A stretch of DNA of 15,799 nt. Source: Candidatus Bathyarchaeota archaeon (GTDB lineage Archaea > Thermoproteota > Bathyarchaeia > TCS64). Position 1 is the first letter of the stretch, and every line of letters starts with the position of its first letter. The notes beneath the pieces are model-generated. The model ran no database searches, was not told the DNA's origin, and saw only the letters and a program-made list of their open reading frames with translations. Made by a program: the position numbers and the translations under genes. This document shows positions 1 through 6,387 of the stretch, in pieces. The stretch spans positions 1-15,799 of the forward strand of contig JBDRQD010000003.1 of the NCBI GenBank assembly GCA_043826455.1. The letters are read 5' to 3'.

Positions 1-111
1 ACCACGCCAGCACCGGAGCCCCCAGACAGAGGGGGGAGGGGGGGTAGAGCAGAAAAACCGGAAACGGACGCCCCACGCCAAAAGGAGCCACGGAAACACG
101 CCTTCACGATC

Positions 112-161
112 CCATTCTATGCAGAAACACCGTCCATTCCATGCAGAAACACGGCCCATTC
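112..161. repeat. 22-bp tandem direct repeat, two full copies plus a partial third
   Basis: CCATTCTATGCAGAAACACCGT (112-133), CCATTCCATGCAGAAACACGGC (134-155), CCATTC (156-161). The full copies match at 19/22 positions and have no spacer between them. Confidence 0.85.
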
Positions 162-317
162 AGCACATTAACCAACGCTCAAACATTGGCTGATGTGAAA
201 AAATGGTAGGGGGGTATCGATTTTAGGAGAAAAAACCTCATTAAATACTGGTCCAGGGCCCCCAGCACCGAGAAGCCATTGACGGCGGCACGAAGAATAC
301 CCAAATCCTCTAGAGGG

Positions 318-839
318 CTACTTACCGGCGTAAATCTTCTTGTAGGCCTTGGCCTTGCTCAGGGTCCGCTCATGCTCCTTCCGCATGTACTCGTGCTCGG
401 ACTCCTTGCACTCGCGCACGGGCTTCGCCGGCACCCCGAGCACCAGCTGGTTGCCCGGTATCTCCGTGCGGGGGGAGACCAGCGCCCCTGAGCCCACAAT
501 GGACTTGGAGCCGATCCTGGCGTTGTCCAGCACTATGGCGCCGATGCCTATGATACTGCCGTCCTCTATCTTGGCCCCGTGGACAGTGGCGCCGTGGCTT
601 ATGATCACGTCGGAGCCTATCTCCACCGGGTTGCCCGTCGGAGCCTCCACGAGGCAGCCCTCCAGCACCGTCGTCCGGGCCCCTATCTTCACGGTGTCGT
701 CGTCGCCCCTGATGACCGCGTTGGTCCAGACGTTCACGTCCTCGTCCAAGGTCACGTCCCCGATGACCCAGCTGCCTGGAGCCAGGAACACGGATGGGTG
801 AACCTTAGGCTTCTTACCCTCAAACTCGATGACAGACAT
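318..839 (-). CDS. gamma-class carbonic anhydrase family protein (YrdA/CaiE/PaaY-like left-handed beta-helix), atypical active site
   Basis: Hexapeptide repeats plus family motifs VIGDV, AVIRGD, SHGATVHG, IGIGAIVLD, GVPAKPVR. ATG at 839 (MSVIEFEGKKPKVH) is preferred over TTG at 857 because it gives the typical family N-terminus. Confidence 0.9.
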   Translation of the reverse strand: MSVIEFEGKKPKVHPSVFLAPGSWVIGDVTLDEDVNVWTNAVIRGDDDTVKIGARTTVLEGCLVEAPTGNPVEIGSDVIISHGATVHGAKIEDGSIIGIGAIVLDNARIGSKSIVGSGALVSPRTEIPGNQLVLGVPAKPVRECKESEHEYMRKEHERTLSKAKAYKKIYAGK

Positions 840-891
840 TATACTCACTGTTAGCAAGGTGAATGAAATCTAGGTGAAAAGAGTATCTCTC

Positions 892-1818
892 CTAGACGCT
901 CATCTTGAGCATCCGCTCTATGGCCACCCGGGCCCCTGAGGCCACGTCCTCTGGCACCTTGACCACGGGCTCCTCGTTGATAAGCGCAGCGTACAGGTTC
1001 TCTAATGTGATCCGCTTCATGGCCCCACACTCTGCGTGCATCTTGGCGGGCAGGAAAGTCTTACCGGGGTTCTCCCGGGCCAACCTGTCGATGAGGCCCA
1101 CCTCGGTGCCCACTATGAAGACCTCGGCCGGCGACTCCCGGGCCCTCCTCACCATGCCCCCGGTGCTCAGTACGAAGTCTGCCCTGTCCTGGAACGCGGG
1201 CTCGCACTCGGGGTGAGCCCAGACCTCAGCGCCGGGATGCTTTCTCTTCAGCTCCATGGCCTCGGCCCCGTCGCCGATGAACCTGTGGACGTTGCAGTAA
1301 CCGTCCTCGGGCACAGGTATGATCTCGACGTCGGGCACCCTCCTGCTGACAAAGTAGGCGAGGTTCCTGTCCGGCCCGAATATGACCCTCTCGGCGCCCA
1401 GCTTCCTGATGATCCTGTCCGCGTTAGCCGAGGTGCATGTGACGGTGGCCTCGGCCTTGGCCTCAGCCAGGGTGTTCACGTAGAGCACCACAGGGGTGCC
1501 CGGGTGCAATGCCTTAGCCTCCAGCACCTTCTCCACAGTGAGCATGGCCGCCATGGGGCACCGGGCCTTCAGGCTGGGTATAACCACCTTCTTGCCTGGG
1601 TTCAGCACCGCGGCCGTCTCAGCCATGAAGTCCACGCCGCAGAAAACTATCATGTCGGCGTCTGCCACCTTCTGGGCTTCCCTGCAAAGCTCCAGGCTGT
1701 CCCCCAGGCGGTCGGCCAGTACCTGAATCTCGGGCACCTGATAGTTGTGGACCAGGAGGAGGGCGTTCTTCTCCTCCTTCAGCCTCAGGACGCGCCTCTG
1801 CAGCTCGTTGAGGCCCAT
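892..1818 (-). CDS. nadA: quinolinate synthase
   Basis: Motifs HNYQ, GDSLEL, FCGVDFMAETA, YVNT, CTSANA, PDRNLA, AHPEC, GTEVG. All three [4Fe-4S] cysteines are present (ARCPMA, GYCNVH, ECGAMK). Confidence 0.97.
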   Translation of the reverse strand: MGLNELQRRVLRLKEEKNALLLVHNYQVPEIQVLADRLGDSLELCREAQKVADADMIVFCGVDFMAETAAVLNPGKKVVIPSLKARCPMAAMLTVEKVLEAKALHPGTPVVLYVNTLAEAKAEATVTCTSANADRIIRKLGAERVIFGPDRNLAYFVSRRVPDVEIIPVPEDGYCNVHRFIGDGAEAMELKRKHPGAEVWAHPECEPAFQDRADFVLSTGGMVRRARESPAEVFIVGTEVGLIDRLARENPGKTFLPAKMHAECGAMKRITLENLYAALINEEPVVKVPEDVASGARVAIERMLKMSV

Positions 1819-2675
1819 CAGATCATCTCGATCTCGAGTTTGACGTCCAGGCTCCTCACGCTGTGGGTGAGAGAGCCCAGGCTGACTACGTCCACGCCGG
1901 CCGCGGCGTACTCCCCTATGTTATCCAGGGTGATTCCCCCCGAGGCCTCATAGATGAAGCCATCCCTCAGACCTTTTTCCCTAAGGCTGCTGAGATTCGC
2001 CTTAATCTCCTTCGGTGACATATTGTCGAACATTATGATCTCCGCCCCGGCTCTGGCGGCCTCCTCAGCCTCAGCTAGGCTCCTGACCTCTACCTCGATC
2101 ATCTTGGTGAAACTGACGCTTCTCCTAGCCCTCCTCACGGCCTCCGTGATGGAGGGAACCAGCTCCAGGTGGTTGTCCTTGATGAGCACGCAGTCGTCCA
2201 GCCTGAACCTGTGGGGGTCGCCTCCGCCGTGCTCCACGGCCCTCTTGTCAAGGTCACGGAGACCGGGAAGGGTCTTCCGCGTCGCAGCCACCCGTATAGT
2301 GGGGTTCCTGGCGGCCGCCAGCCTCACAGCCTCGGCGGTCTGGGTGGCTATCCCAGCCATCCGCCCCACGATGTTGAGGGCTGTGCGCTCACCCGCCAGA
2401 AGGGCTCTGGCGGGCCCCTCCACCGTCAGTAAGACTTTTCGGGCTTCAACCTTTGAGCCGTCCCTCGCATGCACCTGTACGGTGCACTCCAGGACCTCAA
2501 AGATGAGGGTCGCCTCCTCCAGGCCAGAGGCCACACCTGGCTCCCGGTAGTAGAGGCGCGCCCTAGCCATCTGACCCTCAGGTATGAGGGCGGTGGATGT
2601 TATGTCACCGTACCCGATGTCCTCCATGAGGAACTCCCTGATCTTATCCATCGCCAACTGTTTTGATCCAACCAT
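1818..2675 (-). CDS. nadC: nicotinate-nucleotide diphosphorylase (carboxylating), quinolinate phosphoribosyltransferase
   Basis: Motifs EDIGYGDITS, GERTALN, TRKTLPG, HRFRLDD, LIKDNH, EVEV, IMFDNM, EASGGIT. Its TGA overlaps the nadA ATG by 1 nt (TGATG at 1820-1816). Start is uncertain: ATG 2675 chosen, 2651 or 2726 possible. Confidence 0.97.
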   Translation of the reverse strand: MVGSKQLAMDKIREFLMEDIGYGDITSTALIPEGQMARARLYYREPGVASGLEEATLIFEVLECTVQVHARDGSKVEARKVLLTVEGPARALLAGERTALNIVGRMAGIATQTAEAVRLAAARNPTIRVAATRKTLPGLRDLDKRAVEHGGGDPHRFRLDDCVLIKDNHLELVPSITEAVRRARRSVSFTKMIEVEVRSLAEAEEAARAGAEIIMFDNMSPKEIKANLSSLREKGLRDGFIYEASGGITLDNIGEYAAAGVDVVSLGSLTHSVRSLDVKLEIEMI

Positions 2676-2756
2676 ACCGTGGCACCCCTGAATATACCTC
2701 GACGTTTCCGTAAAGACAGCATTCACATCCTTTTAACTGTATCCCGGATGGAACAC

Positions 2757-2765
2757 GTTTTAACC
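2757..2765 (+). promoter_or_regulatory. putative archaeal TATA box for the Lin0512-family gene
   Basis: GTTTTAACC ends about 30 nt upstream of ATG 2795 in the divergent intergenic region. Confidence 0.45.
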
Positions 2766-2794
2766 AAGAATCAACACGGTTCCAGTGGATCAAA

Positions 2795-3184
2795 ATGGAT
2801 TACAGGAGATACCTGGTCGAGGTGGGTACCGGCGTCGACCTCCACGGCATGGACGAGACCAAGGCAGCCCAGAGGGCCGTGAAGGACGCCATAAGCCACA
2901 GCAGCATGGTGGGCCTTGGCAGCCTCTTCAAGTTCGAAAAGTTCAGCGAGATGGAGGACGCCCTCATGGTGGACGTCACCGTTGCAGCCCCCAACCCCGA
3001 GAAGGTGGACGGTGAGGCCGTTCTCAGCATCCTGCCCGAGGGTAGAAGAAGGATCAAGGTGGTGAAGGGTGGCCTCCAGTTCCCCACGGAGGATACGGCA
3101 GCGGAGGCCAAGACCCACGGCATAGTCATGGTGAACGCCTGCATAGTGGTTCTCGTAGACATGGATAAGGCCAAGAGGAAGTAG
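2795..3184 (+). CDS. Lin0512 family protein (function unknown)
   Basis: Characteristic N-terminal motif YLVEVGTGVDLHGxDxTKAAxRAVKDAI, followed by V.VxxPxPExVD, LPxG, VVKGGL and a terminal beta strand (NACIVV). Confidence 0.88.
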   Translation: MDYRRYLVEVGTGVDLHGMDETKAAQRAVKDAISHSSMVGLGSLFKFEKFSEMEDALMVDVTVAAPNPEKVDGEAVLSILPEGRRRIKVVKGGLQFPTEDTAAEAKTHGIVMVNACIVVLVDMDKAKRK

Positions 3185-3218
3185 AGTCCCCGTTTCTTCT
3201 TCTCTTCCAGTCAAAATA

Positions 3219-3226
3219 CATTAAGG
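3219..3226 (+). promoter_or_regulatory. putative TATA box (CATTAAGG) with A-rich upstream BRE-like sequence
   Basis: Begins 31 nt before ATG 3250. The same octamer begins 29 nt before the cupin ATG (11990). Confidence 0.45.
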
Positions 3227-3249
3227 TAACGCTAGCGATACCTGTAACC

Positions 3250-4329
3250 ATGAGTCAGCTAGTGAGCCGAATCTGGAAGCCTGTGCAGAGGATGGGTGCG
3301 GACAGGTACATGAGGCTCAACATCCTGAGCTTCGCCGCCAGCGTCAGCCTAACCAGACTACTTCTTGAGATGACAGGGTACCCCCAGCTGGGCAACGAGA
3401 CCCTCCACATAGCCCACGTCCTCTACGGCGGCGTACTCCTGTACACCTCAAGCATCCTGCCCCTCCTATACGCCAACAGGTGGGCCTACACATGGAGCGC
3501 CATGATCTCCGGCGTCGGCGTCGGCCTCTTCATAGACGAGGTGGGCAAGTTCATCACCCAGGCCAACGACTACTTCTTCCCCGCAGCGGCCCCCATAATC
3601 TACGCCTGCTTCCTCCTCATGGTCATCCTCTACCTGAGAGTGAGCCGGGGCGCGGATCTGGACGCTAGAGGCGAGTTCTATGCGGTTCTGGAGACCCTGA
3701 GCGAGGTTCTGGACCACGACCTTGAGCCAGAGGAGCACCAGGACCTGTGCAGCAGGCTTGCGCGGATAAAGGAGAAGACCAGCAACCCGGACCTATTCAG
3801 GTTAGCGGAGGAGCTCACCCACTTCGTAGAGACAGACGCCCTGCATCTGGCATCAGATGACCCCAACCTCTTCGACAAGATCATAGGGCTTGTGAAGACT
3901 GTAGAGAGACGGTACGTGACGCCTAGGAGAGTGAAAACGTTCCTTGTCATCACCCTGTTCATGCTGGGCGTCCCAAGCATGACGCGGTTCGCAGCCTTCA
4001 TGGAGGCCTCGCTGGACTCGTCGAATATGGACGCCTTCCTCTCTGTGCTGGCGTCGGAGCTGCCCCCATCATTCCACCTCAGCAGCAGGTGGATAATAGG
4101 CTACGTCATAGCTGACAGCGTGATGGGTGTGGCTCTGGTGGCGGCTGCAGCGCTCATCTTGTTGAGGCGTGAGAGGTGGGGGATAGAGATAGGGTCAGTG
4201 GGGCTTCTAGCCTACCTCCTGGGCCTGAACCTGATCCTATTCTACCTGGAGCAGTTCTCCACAGTGGTAACGGCGGGCATCCAATACCTGGTACTACAAA
4301 CCCTGTACTACTATCAGAGAAAAATATAG
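3250..4329 (+). CDS. uncharacterised polytopic membrane protein
   Basis: 359-aa ORF with about 4 N-terminal hydrophobic segments, a charged helical middle region and about 4 C-terminal hydrophobic segments. Contains HIAHVLYGG and GVGLFIDEVGKF...NDYFF. Codon usage matches neighbouring genes. Confidence 0.8.
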   Translation: MSQLVSRIWKPVQRMGADRYMRLNILSFAASVSLTRLLLEMTGYPQLGNETLHIAHVLYGGVLLYTSSILPLLYANRWAYTWSAMISGVGVGLFIDEVGKFITQANDYFFPAAAPIIYACFLLMVILYLRVSRGADLDARGEFYAVLETLSEVLDHDLEPEEHQDLCSRLARIKEKTSNPDLFRLAEELTHFVETDALHLASDDPNLFDKIIGLVKTVERRYVTPRRVKTFLVITLFMLGVPSMTRFAAFMEASLDSSNMDAFLSVLASELPPSFHLSSRWIIGYVIADSVMGVALVAAAALILLRRERWGIEIGSVGLLAYLLGLNLILFYLEQFSTVVTAGIQYLVLQTLYYYQRKI

Positions 4330-4339
4330 GAGGTTTGGG

Positions 4340-4801
4340 TCACTCAAGCTTGTGGCCGCAGTGGTTACAGAACTTGGCCGAGCCGGGCACAGCCTCCCCA
4401 CAGTGGGGGCAGAACCTCTGCTCACCTTGATTCTTAGGGGCATCCTGGGACGATGCGCTTCTCCTCTCATCTATTGTCTCACGGGCTGCCTCGATCCCCT
4501 TACCGGCGACCTCGATGCCCTTGCCGGCGATCTCGGCGCCCTTGCTCAGCCCTCTCTTGGCGAAGCCAAAGGCCGCGCTCAACCCGCGCTTGGCCTTCTC
4601 CTTGGCCTGGTCAATGTCCTGCTCATCGACCTCAATATCGATGACCTTCTTAGGGGCTGACACCTCACTTTTCTGCCCTGGCGGCGGTGGCGGTACCTGC
4701 GTCGCCTGACCCTGGAAAGCTGCCTCATTCTTCGCCCCACAGTGGGGGCAGAATTTCTGCTTCTCCTCTATCTGCTGTCCACAGTTATCACAGAACGGCA
4801 T
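4340..4801 (-). CDS. protein with N- and C-terminal double zinc ribbon (DZR/zinc_ribbon_2-like) domains
   Basis: N-terminal FCDNCG-x8-FCPHCG and C-terminal FCPHCG-x8-FCNHCG. The linker has PPPPP and an amphipathic heptad repeat. Confidence 0.88.
   Translation of the reverse strand: MPFCDNCGQQIEEKQKFCPHCGAKNEAAFQGQATQVPPPPPGQKSEVSAPKKVIDIEVDEQDIDQAKEKAKRGLSAAFGFAKRGLSKGAEIAGKGIEVAGKGIEAARETIDERRSASSQDAPKNQGEQRFCPHCGEAVPGSAKFCNHCGHKLE
4489..4551 (-). repeat. 21-bp coding tandem repeat, 3 copies (third degenerate)
   Basis: CCTCGATCCCCTTACCGGCGA / CCTCGATGCCCTTGCCGGCGA / TCTCGGCGCCCTTGCTCAGCC, encoding LSKGAEI-AGKGIEV-AGKGIEA. Confidence 0.8.
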
Positions 4802-4848
4802 ATCCTATCAGTACAAGCCCGATGCGGGGTTCCTAAAAAATCATTCCA

Positions 4849-5724
4849 TCAAGCAGCGAGGCTGACGAAGTAATCCACTATCAGCTTATAGATCTGGATG
4901 CCAGTGGTCTCCATAAGAGCCTTGTACCCGGGGAAACAGTTAGCCTCCAGGACTATGGGCTCGCCGTCGCTCCTGGGCAGGATGTCCAGGCCGCTGATCT
5001 TGAGACCCACGGCCTCCGCCACCTGGACCGCCAGCTCGTCGTAGACCGGGTCCTCAAAGGGCTCGGCCGCGCCGCCCACGGCCACGTTGTACCTAAAGTC
5101 CTCAGGGTTGGACCGCTTCTCCCGGCCCACCACCTGGCCGTCGATGACGAAGCACCTTATATCGTAGCCTGGGTTGGGGACGTACTCCTGAAGATAGAAG
5201 ACGCCCTCGCCGTGGCTCCTGATGTACCAGACCAGGAACTGCATCAGGTCCTCCCTGCTCCTGATGCGGCTCAGCTTCATGACGCCGATGCCCCTGGCCA
5301 TGCAAATAGGCTTGAGGACCACCTCACGGTCGGCGTCCAGGAGGCGGGACGCGAACTCGTAGGCGTGCTCAATGTTCTCGGTGATGACTGTCTCAGGGTG
5401 GGGGAGCCCCAGCTTCTTCAGCTGCAGCGAGAGATGCTCCTTGCTATAGTTCAGCATACTGTCAACAGGGTTAATGACGATGGCAGACTCCTCGATCCTC
5501 CTCAAGACCAGAAGCCTGTGCAGTAGCTCGAAGGTGGTCCCTCTGTGAAGCATGTTGCTGGGCGCGTAGACTAGGTCGTAGTCAGGCCTGAAACGCGGTA
5601 GGGACACGTCCCAGGGGGCCTTGTAGTCCACGTCAACGCCCCGGTCCTGGAGCTCCTTCCGGACCAGGCCCGTCTCCCCAGTGGTGGGATTATCGGTGAA
5701 TATGAGGACGCGCATGGTGTACAT
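4849..5724 (-). CDS. RimK/LysX family ATP-grasp ligase, divergent
   Basis: Motifs VINP, GLPHPET, VVLKP...G.GV, YLQEYVP, DIRCFVIDG, FRYNVAVGG, GLDIL, LEANCFPG. Length (291 aa) is typical of the RimK family. Confidence 0.9.
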   Translation of the reverse strand: MYTMRVLIFTDNPTTGETGLVRKELQDRGVDVDYKAPWDVSLPRFRPDYDLVYAPSNMLHRGTTFELLHRLLVLRRIEESAIVINPVDSMLNYSKEHLSLQLKKLGLPHPETVITENIEHAYEFASRLLDADREVVLKPICMARGIGVMKLSRIRSREDLMQFLVWYIRSHGEGVFYLQEYVPNPGYDIRCFVIDGQVVGREKRSNPEDFRYNVAVGGAAEPFEDPVYDELAVQVAEAVGLKISGLDILPRSDGEPIVLEANCFPGYKALMETTGIQIYKLIVDYFVSLAA

Positions 5725-5744
5725 AGGTCGAAGAGGGGCCTAGG

Positions 5745-5758
5745 CTTAAATCCTTTTC
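5745..5758 (-). promoter_or_regulatory. putative BRE-TATA for the ATP-grasp ligase gene
   Basis: Minus strand reads GAAAAGGA-TTTAAG, about 21-26 nt before ATG 5724, consistent with a leaderless transcript. Confidence 0.55.
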
Positions 5759-5780
5759 ACGGCTCCGACGCCCCCTAAAT

Positions 5781-5799
5781 AGGATAAGGTTTATTAAAT
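5781..5799 (+). promoter_or_regulatory. putative BRE-TATA promoter of the PadR/ABC operon
   Basis: Purine-rich AGGATAAGG followed by TTTATTAAAT (5790-5799), upstream of ATG 5845. Confidence 0.65.
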
Positions 5800-5815
5800 G
5801 GGCACAGCCCTCAAC

Positions 5816-5844
5816 AGTAGAAGTCTACTAGGTAGAGGTCAACT
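5816..5844. promoter_or_regulatory. tandem palindromic operator, probable PadR autoregulatory site
   Basis: Perfect inverted repeat AGTAGA-AG-TCTACT (5816-5829), then after 1 nt a degenerate copy GGTAGA-GG-TCAACT (5831-5844) that abuts the PadR ATG. Confidence 0.65.
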
Positions 5845-6387
5845 ATGTCCATGAGTCCCGGCGGCAGAACCCCCTTCAACATGGATGTGAGCCCACTCCA
5901 GCTCCTCCTCCTCATACAGCTAGACGGAGGCCCCAAGTACGGGTACGAGGTGCTGAAGGCTCTCAAGGAGGAGTTCGAGGGCACGTGGGAGCCTAAAACC
6001 GGGACAGTGTACCCAGCCCTGAAGAGCCTGGAGCGTAAAGGCTACGTGGAGACCATGGAGAAGGACGGCACCGATTTCTACTCCATAACCCCTGAAGGAA
6101 GATCCCTTTTCAGGCACATGGAGAGCCACTTCGTGGACAGCCTAGATTTCACCGTCAAGTACCTATCAGCGGTCTTCAAGTGGATGTCCACCGACATGAA
6201 GCAGGGCGCCGCCCGCCTCATCAAACAGCTCACCGAGAAAGATCAAACCTTAACAGAACATATGCTGACAGAGTTCTACCAAAACCTTGATACAGACGTA
6301 AAAGAAATCCTCCTAAACAACGTCAGAGAGATGACCATGCATAGGCTCAACCTCATAAACAAGCTACAGGAGCAGCACAGGACGTGA
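5845..6387 (+). CDS. PadR family transcriptional regulator
   Basis: Winged-HTH motifs GPKYGYEV, GTVYPALKSLERKGYV, YSITPEG, plus a long helical C-terminal extension. Start could be 5845, 5851 or 5881. Confidence 0.93.
   Translation: MSMSPGGRTPFNMDVSPLQLLLLIQLDGGPKYGYEVLKALKEEFEGTWEPKTGTVYPALKSLERKGYVETMEKDGTDFYSITPEGRSLFRHMESHFVDSLDFTVKYLSAVFKWMSTDMKQGAARLIKQLTEKDQTLTEHMLTEFYQNLDTDVKEILLNNVREMTMHRLNLINKLQEQHRT

Noticed and set aside
112..161. Possible CRISPR array
   Set aside because: Repeats are directly adjacent with no unique spacers, there are only about 2.3 copies, and no cas genes are in the window.
1036..1953. 305-aa plus-strand ORF
   Set aside because: Antisense shadow of nadA/nadC with no recognisable motifs. 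Such ORFs are expected from GC-rich codon bias.
2779..2789. GTTCCAGTGGA, matching the start of the archaeal ORB consensus, as a replication origin
   Set aside because: Single copy, lacks the following AAC and G-string, lies 6 nt from a start codon in a short intergenic region, with no cdc6 gene or unwinding element adjacent.
4396..4753. Repeated palindrome CCCCAC-A-GTGGGG as a regulatory site or mobile-element end
   Set aside because: Both copies encode the PHCG core of the zinc ribbons, so coding duplication is sufficient.
4340..4801. Calling the zinc-ribbon protein LysW and the ligase LysX
   Set aside because: The protein is much longer than LysW, lacks the EDWGE terminus, and no lysZ/lysY/lysJ/lysK genes are present.
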